NCBI GenBank assembly: GCA_050633305.1
Contig: JBOEGF010000036.1
Span: forward strand, 87,254 to 151,253
Direction of reading: 5' to 3'
DNA: 64,000 nucleotides
Source of the DNA: Nannocystales bacterium
GTDB lineage: Bacteria; Myxococcota_A; Polyangia; Nannocystales; Nannocystaceae
Shown here: in pieces, positions 30,774-42,206 of the stretch
Position numbering within the stretch: the stretch's first letter is position 1
Layout of the letters: the number at the start of each line of letters is the position of its first letter
Notes under the pieces: model-generated
Databases searched by the model: none
Told to the model about the DNA's origin: nothing
Seen by the model: the letters and a program-made list of their open reading frames with translations, nothing else
Made by a program: the position numbers and the translations under genes

Positions 30774-32945
30774 ATGTCGTCGCAGAAACGGACGCGGAGC
30801 GCTCATCCTGCGATGAGCGCTCCGCTCACCTGTTTGCATTGCAGCAAGACGGCCTCGCCCGAGCAGTTGCGGGCGTATCCAACCAGTACGCGCTGGGAGT
30901 CCAGGAACGGCAGATCCTCCCCGCTGGGAGTGAGTTGGATGGTCCGTGAGCAGGCGTACAACTTCGCGCTCTACTCAAAACACGCGCACAGCGTTCGGCT
31001 GCTCCTGTACGACTCGGAGGACCTGGTGACACCCGTGCTCGAGCGCGACTTCGTCGTGCCGCGCAACAAGACAGGGCCGATCTGGCACTGTCGAATTCGT
31101 CGAGTCGAGGCTCAAGATGGCCACTACTACGCGTATCGCGTCTTCGGCGGCAACGCAGTCGACGTCCACGGAAGGTCGGACGAGGCGAAACTCCTGCTCG
31201 ATCCCTACGCAAAGTCGGTCTTCTTTCCGCCGGGGTTCAGTCGCGAGGCCGCACAGACTCCCGGATCGAACGCTGGGATCGCGCCGCTTGCTCTGCTCAA
31301 CGAATGCCGCTGCGTCGGCTCGACGAGAGCGTCGCCGCCGATGCGACATGCGTCAGACCTGGTGATCTATGAAATGCACGTGCGCGGGTTCACCCAGCAT
31401 CGGTCATCCGGGGTGACACCCAAGAGCCGGGGCACGTTCGAAGGGATCGTGCAAAAGATTCCCTACCTCCAGCAGCTCGGCGTCACGGCGGTGGAGCTGA
31501 TGCCGGTCTTTCAGTTTGATCCCGGCGAGGATAACTACTGGGGGTACATGCCGCTCAACTTCTTCGCGGTGCATCACTCGTACGCGACGGAGCCAGATGC
31601 TTGCGCGCAACGAAAGGAGTTCCGGGCCATGGTGGATGCGCTCCACACGGCGGGAATCGAAGTCCTCCTCGACGTCGTGTACAATCATACAACCGAGGGG
31701 GACCAGCGTGGTCCCACGTACAGTTTCCGCGGCATCGACGGCCGTACCTACTACCTTCTCTCTGGCGCCGAAGACCAGCCGTACGCCAACTTCACCGGGA
31801 CGGGAAATACCCTAAACACGAGCGAGCCGGCTGTTCGCCAACTTGTCCTGGACAGCCTGCGGTACTGGGTGTCCGAAATGGGAGTCGACGGGTTTCGTTT
31901 TGATTTGGCTTCAGTCTTCGCCCGGCGCGCGGATGGGAGCCTCGCGACCGACGAGGCTCCCATCTTCGCGCAGATCGCCGACGATCCGGTCCTGTCGCAG
32001 GCGCGACTCATCGCCGAGCCATGGGACGCGGCCGATGCCTACCTCTTGGGCCACCGTTTCCCGGGTACGACGTGGATGCAATGGAACGCTGCGTATCGCG
32101 ACGCCCTTCAGAGGTTCGTGCGGGGCGATGCGGGCTATGTCGCGGAAACAATGACTCGGATGTACGGCAGCTCCGACCTGTTTCCCGATGATCGCGCCCA
32201 CTCCCTCCGACCGTTTCAGAGCCTCAACTATGTCGCTTCGCACGACGGTCTAACGCTGTACGACTTGGTCTCCTACCAGGCCCAGCGCAACTGGGCGAAC
32301 GGGCACGACAACCGCGATGGCCACCGGGATTTCAGCTGGAACGGCGGTCATGAGGGTGATGAGGGAGCTTCCGACACCGTGCTCGCTGTGCGCAAGCGGC
32401 AGGCAAAGAACTTGATGTGCCTGCTGCTGCTCTCAAACGGTACGCCGATGATCCGCATGGGCGACGAGTTCCTGCACACCCAGTCCGGCAACTCGAACCC
32501 GTACAACCAGGACAATGAAACCAGCTGGCTCGACTGGGGACGCCTCGATCGCAACGCAGACTTCTTTCGCTTCTCTGGGCTGTTGATTGCGTTTCGGAAG
32601 GCGCACCCTTCGCTTTGCCGCGCCGAGTTCTGGCGCGACGACGTCACTTGGCTCGGCCCTCAGGGAGCCGTCGACTTTTCATCGGGATCGCACACGTTCG
32701 CGTTCCTGCTCGACGGGCAGTCGGAGGGGGACGACGACCTCCTCGTGATGGTCAACATGGGGACCAGCGCTGTCAATTTTGGTTTTCCCGCTGCCCGAGG
32801 TCGGGACTGGTTGCGCTGCATCGACACCTCGCTGCCGACGCCCAGCGACATCGTCGAAGCCGGCACCGAGGACTCTCTCGCGGGAGACTGCTACCCGCTG
32901 GCGGCCAGGAGTGTGGCCGTGTTGCTGGGAACAAACGCGGGATGA
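30774..32945 (+). CDS. glgX: Isoamylase / glycogen debranching enzyme (GH13)
   Basis: IYEMHVRGFT, NYWGY, DVVYNHT, DGFRFDLA, IAEPWD, SHDG, GDE...NPYNQDN. Confidence 0.92.
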   Translation: MSSQKRTRSAHPAMSAPLTCLHCSKTASPEQLRAYPTSTRWESRNGRSSPLGVSWMVREQAYNFALYSKHAHSVRLLLYDSEDLVTPVLERDFVVPRNKTGPIWHCRIRRVEAQDGHYYAYRVFGGNAVDVHGRSDEAKLLLDPYAKSVFFPPGFSREAAQTPGSNAGIAPLALLNECRCVGSTRASPPMRHASDLVIYEMHVRGFTQHRSSGVTPKSRGTFEGIVQKIPYLQQLGVTAVELMPVFQFDPGEDNYWGYMPLNFFAVHHSYATEPDACAQRKEFRAMVDALHTAGIEVLLDVVYNHTTEGDQRGPTYSFRGIDGRTYYLLSGAEDQPYANFTGTGNTLNTSEPAVRQLVLDSLRYWVSEMGVDGFRFDLASVFARRADGSLATDEAPIFAQIADDPVLSQARLIAEPWDAADAYLLGHRFPGTTWMQWNAAYRDALQRFVRGDAGYVAETMTRMYGSSDLFPDDRAHSLRPFQSLNYVASHDGLTLYDLVSYQAQRNWANGHDNRDGHRDFSWNGGHEGDEGASDTVLAVRKRQAKNLMCLLLLSNGTPMIRMGDEFLHTQSGNSNPYNQDNETSWLDWGRLDRNADFFRFSGLLIAFRKAHPSLCRAEFWRDDVTWLGPQGAVDFSSGSHTFAFLLDGQSEGDDDLLVMVNMGTSAVNFGFPAARGRDWLRCIDTSLPTPSDIVEAGTEDSLAGDCYPLAARSVAVLLGTNAG

Positions 32946-33038
32946 CCGACTGCACTTGCTGATTCGCCGCACCGGCCATTCTTAGCCTCCAGGTCGGTTC
33001 CTGCTGCCCAGCTCGGAGGGTGACGGTCGGGGGGCGCG

Positions 33039-33908
33039 TCACCGGCGGCCCCGCTCATCGAGCGCGGCCGCCGACCATCGCATGTCGCAGACCCCGTCCC
33101 CGCGCGACAATGTGTGGCGGCGTGCATAGTGCCCGCGCTCGAACGGGCCTGCGCCGGCGAGCAGGTCGGCCGCCGGCCAGTCGTACAGGCACCACGATTG
33201 GTAAAACGCGTCCGCTTCTCCCCGATCGCCGTTCTCGGCGACGTAGCGCTCGACAAAGCCGAATGGCGCGCAGTAGCTCCAGTCGGTGTGGAGACACCCG
33301 TTGATCGAGCGGGTCGTGACCTCGTATCCAGGCCGCCCAGGGGCGCTAAAAGGGAAGCGCATCAGCGAGCGCAGCGCCACGTCGATCCGGCGCTGCGGGT
33401 CTCGGGTGACGACCCGGCCAAACGAGAGCGGGATCCGGATCATGCGCTCATAGACTTTCCAGCCCACGTCGGCGAAGAGCTCGCACGCATACGCGCGCTC
33501 GATACCAGCAGCGATCAGCGCGTGGTAGGCCGCCACCGTCAAGACGGCAAGGAACACATTGCAACGATTGCCCAGGGTCGGGGCGCGCACGTACGAGCTC
33601 GATGCCAGGATCGCTGCGACACGCCGCCACATGTCGGCAAGGAAGGCGTCGACGTCGGGCCCTAAGAACCGTCCAGCCGCTGGATCACTGCGACTGACCC
33701 GGCGGCCCTGCAGGGTCTGCCGAGCCGCGCGCCGAACGATGCCGCGGAGTAGTCGGGCCAGCACGCGTTCGAGCGTGTTCCGTGCAGCGGCGTTCGGAGC
33801 GGGCGCTCCGCCCTGGTTCTTGGCCGGTGCAGCCAAAGGTAGGTGCACGCGCCGTCTCTCGGAGTCACGCGTGCCGCCGGATTCGGTAGTCTCGTCGGTG
33901 GCCATCAC
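33039..33908 (-). CDS. Hypothetical protein, ATC-hydrolase-like (C..C..D..RHTL..G..CD pattern)
   Basis: YCAPF, WCLYD, RRHTLSRGDGVCDMRW; 13 bp downstream of atpG. Confidence 0.55.
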   Translation of the reverse strand: MMATDETTESGGTRDSERRRVHLPLAAPAKNQGGAPAPNAAARNTLERVLARLLRGIVRRAARQTLQGRRVSRSDPAAGRFLGPDVDAFLADMWRRVAAILASSSYVRAPTLGNRCNVFLAVLTVAAYHALIAAGIERAYACELFADVGWKVYERMIRIPLSFGRVVTRDPQRRIDVALRSLMRFPFSAPGRPGYEVTTRSINGCLHTDWSYCAPFGFVERYVAENGDRGEADAFYQSWCLYDWPAADLLAGAGPFERGHYARRHTLSRGDGVCDMRWSAAALDERGRR

Positions 33909-33921
33909 ACTCCGATTTCGT

Positions 33922-34812
33922 CTAGCGGCTGCTTCGACCGCGTCCGCCTTTGAACGGGGCGCGTTGAGCCACGGACCCAGCGAAGAGTTCCTGGAGTTCG
34001 TTGGTGATCCCTTCCTGACGGAGGCGATTCAGTTCGATCCGCATGTCGTCGAGCCGATCGTCCAATGTGTGGATCGCAGCATCGGTTGTACGCAACCGTG
34101 CGTCGTGCTCGGCGGTCAGTGACTCCAGGGCGCACCGGTAGATCGCAGCGTACGTCCACTCCAGCAACGAGGCCTCGAGAACGCTCTGCAGCGGTTCGTA
34201 ACTGAGAGGTCCGTAGCCAGCCGACTTGCGGACAACTGCCGGCGCGCCCGTGGCGGGCGTGGGTCGTGGAGGGTACACGCGCAGGGCGGTCGCTTGGTCC
34301 TCAGGATCGTCGACGTGCCGGTTGTAGACCACCTCCACGCGACAGCACTCCCCCCCAGGAAGCTCTCGCTCGAGATGTGTCGCCAACGTCCCCACGATCT
34401 TGTCTACCCCGTGAACGGATACGGGCGCATCGTGGGCGAAGTCGACTCGATGCCCTGCAGCCTCAAGCTGCGCCCGAGTGCGTCGGCCCACAGCGACGAC
34501 CAGCCGTACCTCTGCGTGCAGGCGATGGATGCGAGCCACGGCACGTTCCACCAGGTGACGCGTCAGGGCGCCGCACATGCCCTGGTCGCTACCCAACACG
34601 ATCAGCATCACGCGGACCGGGTCGGGCTGTGTGATCGGCTCGAACCCGGAGGTGAGCAGCCCGCGCGCGATCGAGTTCTCGTACTTGCGAACCGTCTGCA
34701 ACGCGGCATGTCCTCTGCGTAGCTGGACGCCGGACAGTGCCCGCATGGATACGAGGATCTCTCGCACTGCTAGTGAGTTGTCCCGTCGCCGCTGAAGTGT
34801 CGTCTCGTCCAT
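33922..34812 (-). CDS. atpG: N-ATPase gamma subunit
   Basis: GSDQGMCG, EHDARL, RLRQEGITNELQEL. Confidence 0.88.
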   Translation of the reverse strand: MDETTLQRRRDNSLAVREILVSMRALSGVQLRRGHAALQTVRKYENSIARGLLTSGFEPITQPDPVRVMLIVLGSDQGMCGALTRHLVERAVARIHRLHAEVRLVVAVGRRTRAQLEAAGHRVDFAHDAPVSVHGVDKIVGTLATHLERELPGGECCRVEVVYNRHVDDPEDQATALRVYPPRPTPATGAPAVVRKSAGYGPLSYEPLQSVLEASLLEWTYAAIYRCALESLTAEHDARLRTTDAAIHTLDDRLDDMRIELNRLRQEGITNELQELFAGSVAQRAPFKGGRGRSSR

Positions 34813-34816
34813 GGGG

Positions 34817-36334
34817 TCATGCCTCTTCGAGCAACGAGCGGACGGCTCGTCTCAGGTCGTCGGTTGGAGGCGGCCCCTCGGCGAGCGCATGGCGAAATTC
34901 TTCTGAGCGTCCGGCGATTCCGGCCAAGAGTCTGTCGACGTGAGCTGCGACTTCTTCCGTTGCAAGGTTGTCGAAACAACCCTCCTCGAGCGCAACGAGC
35001 AGCGCGACCTGCTGCGCCGGCGACCGCGGCCGTCCCGGACCTTGTTTGAGCAGCTCTCGAATCCGCTCGCCGCGCGCCAGTAGGCGTTGGGTGGAGGCAT
35101 CAACCCGGCCGCCAAACCGGCTGAAAACCTCGATTTCGCGGAACCGAGCCGCATCGAGTCGCAGCTTGCTCGCGACCGCTTTCATCGCCGGTCTCTGGGT
35201 TCTACCGCCCACGCGAGACACACTCAGGCCGACGTCCACGGCGGGTTTGACGCCGCGGTCGAACGCCATCGGGTCAAGATACAGCTGCCCGTCCGTGATC
35301 GAGATCAGGTTTGTCGGAATGAAGTCGCTGATGCGCCCGGCATGGGTCTCCGCGATGGGGAGCATCGTGAGCGAGCCGCCCCCTTTTCTGTCGCTGAGCC
35401 GGGTGCCTCGCTCAAGCAGCCGGGAGTGCACGTAGAAGATATCCCCCGGGTAGGCCTCGCGCCCTGGAGGTCTGCGTAGCAGCAACGCGAGTTCCCGATA
35501 CGCGACAGCATGCTCGGTCAAGTCGTCGAAGATGATGAGAGCTTCCTCGCCCCGGTCACGGAAGTACTCGGCGATCGTGCAGCCCGCGTAGGGAGCAATG
35601 AATCGGAACCCCGGGGTGCTCGACGGAGGGGCAATCACCACCACCGTGTTTTGGAGCGCATCGTGGCGCCGCAAACGATCCAGAAGCTGAACGACCGACG
35701 ACGACTGTTGCCCGATCGACACGATGACACAGCGCACTCCTGTGTCTCGCTGGTTGAGCACTGCATCGATCGCAAGCGTTGACTTGCCGGTACCCCGGTC
35801 CCCGACGATGAGTTCTCGTTGCCCGCGCCCGATCGGGAACAAGGCGTCGACGGCGGTGATCCCCGTCGAGAGCGGCTCACGGACTGCCGCGCGGTCCACC
35901 AGCGGCGGCGCCGGGCGCTCGATGGGCCAAGCCTCAACGTTCGCCCAGTCGGGGCCACCGTCAGCGGGTCGCCCCAGAGGATCGACGACGCGCCCGAGCA
36001 ACTCGTCTCCAACCGGGACACAGAGCACGTCACCCGTGCCCACCACAACATCACCAACGTGGACGCCGTCCGGATCATCGAGCAACGCGACGCCGAGCTC
36101 GTCCTCATCCAGATCGAGCACTATTCCGGGACGGCCTTCGCCGATGGTCACTCGCTCGGACAGAGCCGCGCCGGGCAAGCCAGAAATCCGGGCCACGCCG
36201 TCGGCGATCGACACGACGTGTCCGACTGAGGTGCTATGCGGCTGGAACGCATACTGTTCCGCGGCTGCCCCGAGCCGTCCCGCGATGTCGTCGAGCCGGC
36301 CCGCGTCGCCGTCGTCCGGCGGAGGAGCGATCAT
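34817..36334 (-). CDS. atpA: N-ATPase alpha subunit
   Basis: GRGQRELIVGDRGTGKS, RPPGREAYPGD, PTNLISITDGQ. Confidence 0.95.
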   Translation of the reverse strand: MIAPPPDDGDAGRLDDIAGRLGAAAEQYAFQPHSTSVGHVVSIADGVARISGLPGAALSERVTIGEGRPGIVLDLDEDELGVALLDDPDGVHVGDVVVGTGDVLCVPVGDELLGRVVDPLGRPADGGPDWANVEAWPIERPAPPLVDRAAVREPLSTGITAVDALFPIGRGQRELIVGDRGTGKSTLAIDAVLNQRDTGVRCVIVSIGQQSSSVVQLLDRLRRHDALQNTVVVIAPPSSTPGFRFIAPYAGCTIAEYFRDRGEEALIIFDDLTEHAVAYRELALLLRRPPGREAYPGDIFYVHSRLLERGTRLSDRKGGGSLTMLPIAETHAGRISDFIPTNLISITDGQLYLDPMAFDRGVKPAVDVGLSVSRVGGRTQRPAMKAVASKLRLDAARFREIEVFSRFGGRVDASTQRLLARGERIRELLKQGPGRPRSPAQQVALLVALEEGCFDNLATEEVAAHVDRLLAGIAGRSEEFRHALAEGPPPTDDLRRAVRSLLEEA

Positions 36335-37047
36335 TGCAACCTCGCAAGCGCATGGGTGATCTGCCTGCGCACGCTGCCGTCCAGCACGGTATCCCCGGCG
36401 ACGAGTTGCGCGCCGGCGATCAAACTCGCGTCGATTCGAGTCACGGGCGACTTGAAGATTCGCTCGGCCGCACAATGCAAGGCGCGTGGCACGGGACCGC
36501 GCGCAACTACCAGAGAGAATCCACTGGCACCGGCCCGCGTCAGTTCGTCGCGTTGGTCCGCCGACAGATTCGCCAGATGATCCGCGAACCGCTGGCAGGT
36601 CACCACGTGTAGATTCGCCACGTCGCCGAGTTCCCGCAGCAACCCCGCCAAGAGCTGGGTCAGTGCCGGCGCGAGGCCCTGCAGAAAGTGAGATTGTTGC
36701 CGTGCCTGCTCGTCTAGGGCGCTTGCAAGCAGCGTGTCGCGCTCAGACCGTGATTGTTCCCGGGCTTGTTCTACGATCCGGAGCCGTTCTGCGTCCGCCT
36801 GGGCACGGGCCTCCTCGAGGGCTGAACGACGAACACGTCGGGCCTCGCGGAGCTCTGAATCGATGGTCATCTGGCTCTTCGCGAGCTCCTGCTGGCCGGT
36901 AGCGACCTCCGCCAGATCTCGCGAGATCCGAGCCGCCCTGTCTTGCATGTGCCGACGGAGTGGGCGAAGCAGCAGTCGCCATAGCAAGACGACGAGCACC
37001 AAGAAGTTGACGCTCTGAAAGAGCAGCGTCGGCAGGTCGACGCTCAC
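36331..37047 (-). CDS. atpF: N-ATPase b subunit with delta-like C-terminus
   Basis: Q.VNFLVLV.LL, coiled coil, DASLIAG. Confidence 0.88.
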   Translation of the reverse strand: MSVDLPTLLFQSVNFLVLVVLLWRLLLRPLRRHMQDRAARISRDLAEVATGQQELAKSQMTIDSELREARRVRRSALEEARAQADAERLRIVEQAREQSRSERDTLLASALDEQARQQSHFLQGLAPALTQLLAGLLRELGDVANLHVVTCQRFADHLANLSADQRDELTRAGASGFSLVVARGPVPRALHCAAERIFKSPVTRIDASLIAGAQLVAGDTVLDGSVRRQITHALARLQ

Positions 37048-37307
37048 TTGACGAGCTCGAGGAGCGGGTTGGCGAACAAGATGATGAGCGCGATGACCAG
37101 CGCGTAGATCGCCGTCGATTCCACCATCGCCATGCCGACGAACAGCGTGCTTCTAATCCGCTCCGATTCGTCGGGTTGACGAGAGATAGCTTCCAGGGCC
37201 TGGGCTAGAGCCTGCCCCTCCCCTCTGGAGGGGCCGTACCCCCCGATGGCGATGGTGATTCCGGCGGTGAAGATGCTGACGCAGACGACGATTCCGAGAA
37301 CGGTCAT
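37044..37307 (-). CDS. atpE: N-ATPase c subunit with Na+-binding signature
   Basis: P...E in helix 1, RQP loop, ESTAIY in helix 2. Confidence 0.93.
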   Translation of the reverse strand: MTVLGIVVCVSIFTAGITIAIGGYGPSRGEGQALAQALEAISRQPDESERIRSTLFVGMAMVESTAIYALVIALIILFANPLLELVK

Positions 37308-38002
37308 GATGGCTCTGTCCTTGCAGGTTGAAGGTCCATCGGCGGGACGCCGAGGGCGGATGCGATGTAGACCATCGCCAGAAGGGTGAAGACGTAGGCT
37401 TGAATGAAACCGATGAGCAGCCCGAAGAGCTGCATCGGAACGGGTACCAGCAGGCCGCTCAGAAGAACTAGCACCGCGACGACAAGCTCACCCGAAAGCG
37501 TGTTGCCGAACAGTCGCAGGGCTAATGCGATCGTGCGGGTGACCTCGCTGATGACATTGAACGGCAGCAGCACCCAGGACGGTTTTACGTAGGTCCTAAG
37601 GTAGCGAGCCGGACCCGCAAGGCGCCAGCCATAGACGTGGACCGAGACGAATACGATGCCGGCGAGAGCCAGCGGCGTGTTCAGGTCGCGGGTCGGCGAG
37701 CCAACGCCGGGAACGAGGGCGACGACGCTCGCTGCGGCCAGGAATACGGCCAAAGTATAGATGAGGGGAAGGAAGTGACGAGGGTCGTAGCTGGTCGACT
37801 CGCAAATCAACGATTCCGCCGCTTCGAGGGTCGCCTCCATCGCGTTCTGCAGCGGCCGGGGTCGGTCCGACAGTCGCCTCGTCGACAGCCAACTGGCCAC
37901 GGCGAGCAAGGCCATGATCGCCCATGTGACAACCACAGTGTCGCGGACCGCTATGCCGGCGACCTCGAACACCGCGTACGGAAAGACGCCCTCAATCTCC
38001 AC
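37304..38002 (-). CDS. atpB: N-ATPase a subunit
   Basis: LALRLFGN, IQAYVF..LA.VYI. Confidence 0.92.
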   Translation of the reverse strand: MEIEGVFPYAVFEVAGIAVRDTVVVTWAIMALLAVASWLSTRRLSDRPRPLQNAMEATLEAAESLICESTSYDPRHFLPLIYTLAVFLAAASVVALVPGVGSPTRDLNTPLALAGIVFVSVHVYGWRLAGPARYLRTYVKPSWVLLPFNVISEVTRTIALALRLFGNTLSGELVVAVLVLLSGLLVPVPMQLFGLLIGFIQAYVFTLLAMVYIASALGVPPMDLQPARTEPS

Positions 38003-38264
38003 GTCTCAACTCCAGACAAATGAGCAAGCGCCGAGCGACATCGAAGCCAACAAGGCTTGCGACGACCGCGGTGCCCCACAATGCCGGCACGAACAAGGCA
38101 CCTGACACCGCTCCCCAGCGCACAAGTCGGCGGCTCGGCGATACGCCGGATCTGCACTGCGGGCCGCTCGCCAGGAGGATGGTATCGCGTCGGACCAACC
38201 ACAAGAACGCGGCACCAACCACGCCTCCCCACGAGACCGCGACGATGCAGGTCGGGACGTCCAT
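37992..38264 (-). CDS. AtpR-like small membrane subunit of the N-ATPase
   Basis: Position between atpQ and atpB; hydrophobic with W.VRR and GF.VARR. Confidence 0.65.
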   Translation of the reverse strand: MDVPTCIVAVSWGGVVGAAFLWLVRRDTILLASGPQCRSGVSPSRRLVRWGAVSGALFVPALWGTAVVASLVGFDVARRLLICLELRRGD

Positions 38265-38529
38265 CACTGACGGGCTCCGATCACGAACTTCCACACGGCG
38301 TAGACTCCCGCGCACAGACCCAGGAGAAGGCCGGCCAGGGCGTAGGTCACGCCTCCCCCCGAGCGCATATCCAGAAGATGCCCACCGAAGGCGCCTGCAA
38401 CGGTCGGCAGGGCGAGCATCCAGCCCACCGCGCCGATCATCCCCACGGAGGCCCAGACGCCTCGCGGACGACTTCGAGCCAACTGCATCCGACGGGCCTT
38501 CTCCGAGACCTCGCGCCGAGCGGCTGGTT

Positions 38530-38533
<4 letters not shown>
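38264..38533 (-). CDS. AtpQ (AtpZ/AtpI family)
   Basis: GMIGAVGW...PT..G...G..LD. Confidence 0.8.
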
Positions 38534-40385
<1,852 letters not shown>

Positions 40386-40584
40386 TCAATCAGCTCGCGA
40401 CATGTATGGGAGGGGCATTCACAGGGGTCGATACGTCCGTTGTGCGCTGTGTGTCGGCACTCTTGATGCCGTCGTGCACAGACGGTACAGGCCCCGGGAC
40501 GACACCACCGCGAAGATGGTGCCGGAGTGGTGATGGGTAGCGTGACCGCGCCGGTCACTGCTGATGCACACTTCGTCGCAGGTC

Positions 40585-40680
40585 CGGGATCGCCCCGGAG
40601 AAGTGGACGGTTGTCAGGCGGTTCTCGCAGCCTGAGGGTTGAGTTGACGGACTCGAAGTTCCGGGGCTTCCGTTTGGGAC
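40585..40680 (-). mobile_element. Possible IS3-family right-end remnant
   Basis: CGGGATCGCCCCGGAGAAGTGGACG IR-like sequence next to an orfB-like tail (PRNFE...QAARTA-stop). Confidence 0.35.
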
Positions 40681-40809
40681 TTTGGACTCCGATTCTCCGT
40701 AAGTTCGGCGTCCACAGAACCGGTGAGCTACACCTGACAGAGGGGGACTCTGCACGATCGGCGCAACGACACCGGTCGCGGTACGTCGTATCCTCCTGAG
40801 CGCTCACGT

Positions 40810-41316
40810 ATGTTGGAGTACTTTTCACCGATCATCCGCAGCCAGACCCGGTTGCTGCTGGGCTTTGGCGTTTTCTTTCTGATCGCAGGCCTTCCAATGC
40901 TCCTCGGTGGTCCGTTGGTCGAGGCTTCCTGGTGGCAGCGAGTTTCGTTCGGGCTCGTGGGCGCGCTGATGGTGGTCCCTGGTCTCCACCTCGTGCGTCG
41001 AGCGCTGAGCCCGCCCGCCCGCCACCCGGCGCTGCGCACCCTGCTCGAGGCGCCCTCCAGCGTCGTTTGGGTGTATTCCGCGCGGTCGTTGTCAAGCACC
41101 GGGGAAAACCACCTCGCCTCCGAACTCGTGCTGGGCACGCAAGACGGTAAGCAGCTGCGGCTACCGTGCATCGCCAAGCAGGAGGACCGAGCGTTGAACC
41201 TCGTCGCCGCTCACCTCCCCCATGCCACGCTCGGGTTCAGCCAGGAGCTTCGTACGAAGTTCCGACAGAATCCGTCCCTCCTGCGGCGCCCGCGAGCACC
41301 GGACGTTCGACCATGA
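40810..41316 (+). CDS. Two-TM hypothetical protein (tandem paralog A)
   Basis: EYF.PI.R.Q, two TMs, VVWVY, LRLPC, LPHATLGF. Confidence 0.7.
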   Translation: MLEYFSPIIRSQTRLLLGFGVFFLIAGLPMLLGGPLVEASWWQRVSFGLVGALMVVPGLHLVRRALSPPARHPALRTLLEAPSSVVWVYSARSLSSTGENHLASELVLGTQDGKQLRLPCIAKQEDRALNLVAAHLPHATLGFSQELRTKFRQNPSLLRRPRAPDVRP

Positions 41317-41789
41317 CCACCATCCGCGAGTACTTCATCCCCATCGTGCGCGCCCAAGCACGCAAGCAGGCGGTGTTCGGGGTCGTCTTCGCGATCCTGC
41401 CGTCGTGGGCGCTGTCGCTGCTGCCGACCCGGACCTCCGGCGATCGGTGGGCGCTCGCAGGGGTGAGCGTGCTGTTCGCCGCGCTCGGTCTGTACATCGT
41501 GGTGACCGCGATCGGTCATGCGCGCAAGAACCCGGCGATCGAGCACCTGCTTCAAAGGCCCCGCGAAATTGTGTGGGTCTATGACGAGGCCCTCACTTCG
41601 TACTCGGGACGCCCCCGGTCCACCGTCGTGTACCTGTGCACCCGAGCGGGAGAGAAGCTCCGCCTCCCATGCCGGTCGGGGAGGGAAGCCGAGGCGCTCG
41701 CCGTCGTGGTTGCGTACCTCCCCCACGCCTATGCGGGCTTCGACCACGACGTCGAGCGCCGCTTTCTTCGGGATCCGGCGTCTCTTTGA
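41313..41789 (+). CDS. Two-TM hypothetical protein (tandem paralog B)
   Basis: ATGA overlap; IVWVY, LRLPC, LPHAYAGF. Confidence 0.7.
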   Translation: MTTIREYFIPIVRAQARKQAVFGVVFAILPSWALSLLPTRTSGDRWALAGVSVLFAALGLYIVVTAIGHARKNPAIEHLLQRPREIVWVYDEALTSYSGRPRSTVVYLCTRAGEKLRLPCRSGREAEALAVVVAYLPHAYAGFDHDVERRFLRDPASL

Positions 41790-42206
41790 CCTCGGACCTC
41801 GGACTCAGCCGCGTCGGTGTGGCGCAAAACAGGCGCGAAGCGAATATGCCGGACGCCTCCTGAAGTTGATCGACCCGAGTTCGACCGTCCCATCTGCGGT
41901 GGTGTTCGAGCGCAGTCCTTGGCAAGAGGCCATGGCGAGTGGCTGCGCCTGGACCGGCGACAGTCGCGGCTGGGGTCGCCACGTGACCGTCCGACTCAAC
42001 CCTCCACACACGCCCTCAGCAGGGCAGGACGCGAGGGCCGAGGGGGCGGCGGCGTGAAACGATCTCATGCGGAACCTCCTTGAAGTCCACGGCCATCGAG
42101 GTGTCCCATTGGGTCACAACCGCCTCAACGAACAGACGCCACGCGAGCGGCCTGTGGTTCTCAACCTCAACTTGCGAGCGTATCGGCATACCGATAGGTT
42201 GACTGC

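Noticed and set aside
41805..42068. 87-aa minus-strand ORF with a strong AAGGAGG RBS
   Set aside because: No recognisable protein features; may be a decayed gene but cannot be supported
42181..42196. Palindrome TATCGG-CATA-CCGATA upstream of the cysteine synthase gene
   Set aside because: Single short inverted repeat; no second copy noticed and no assignable regulator
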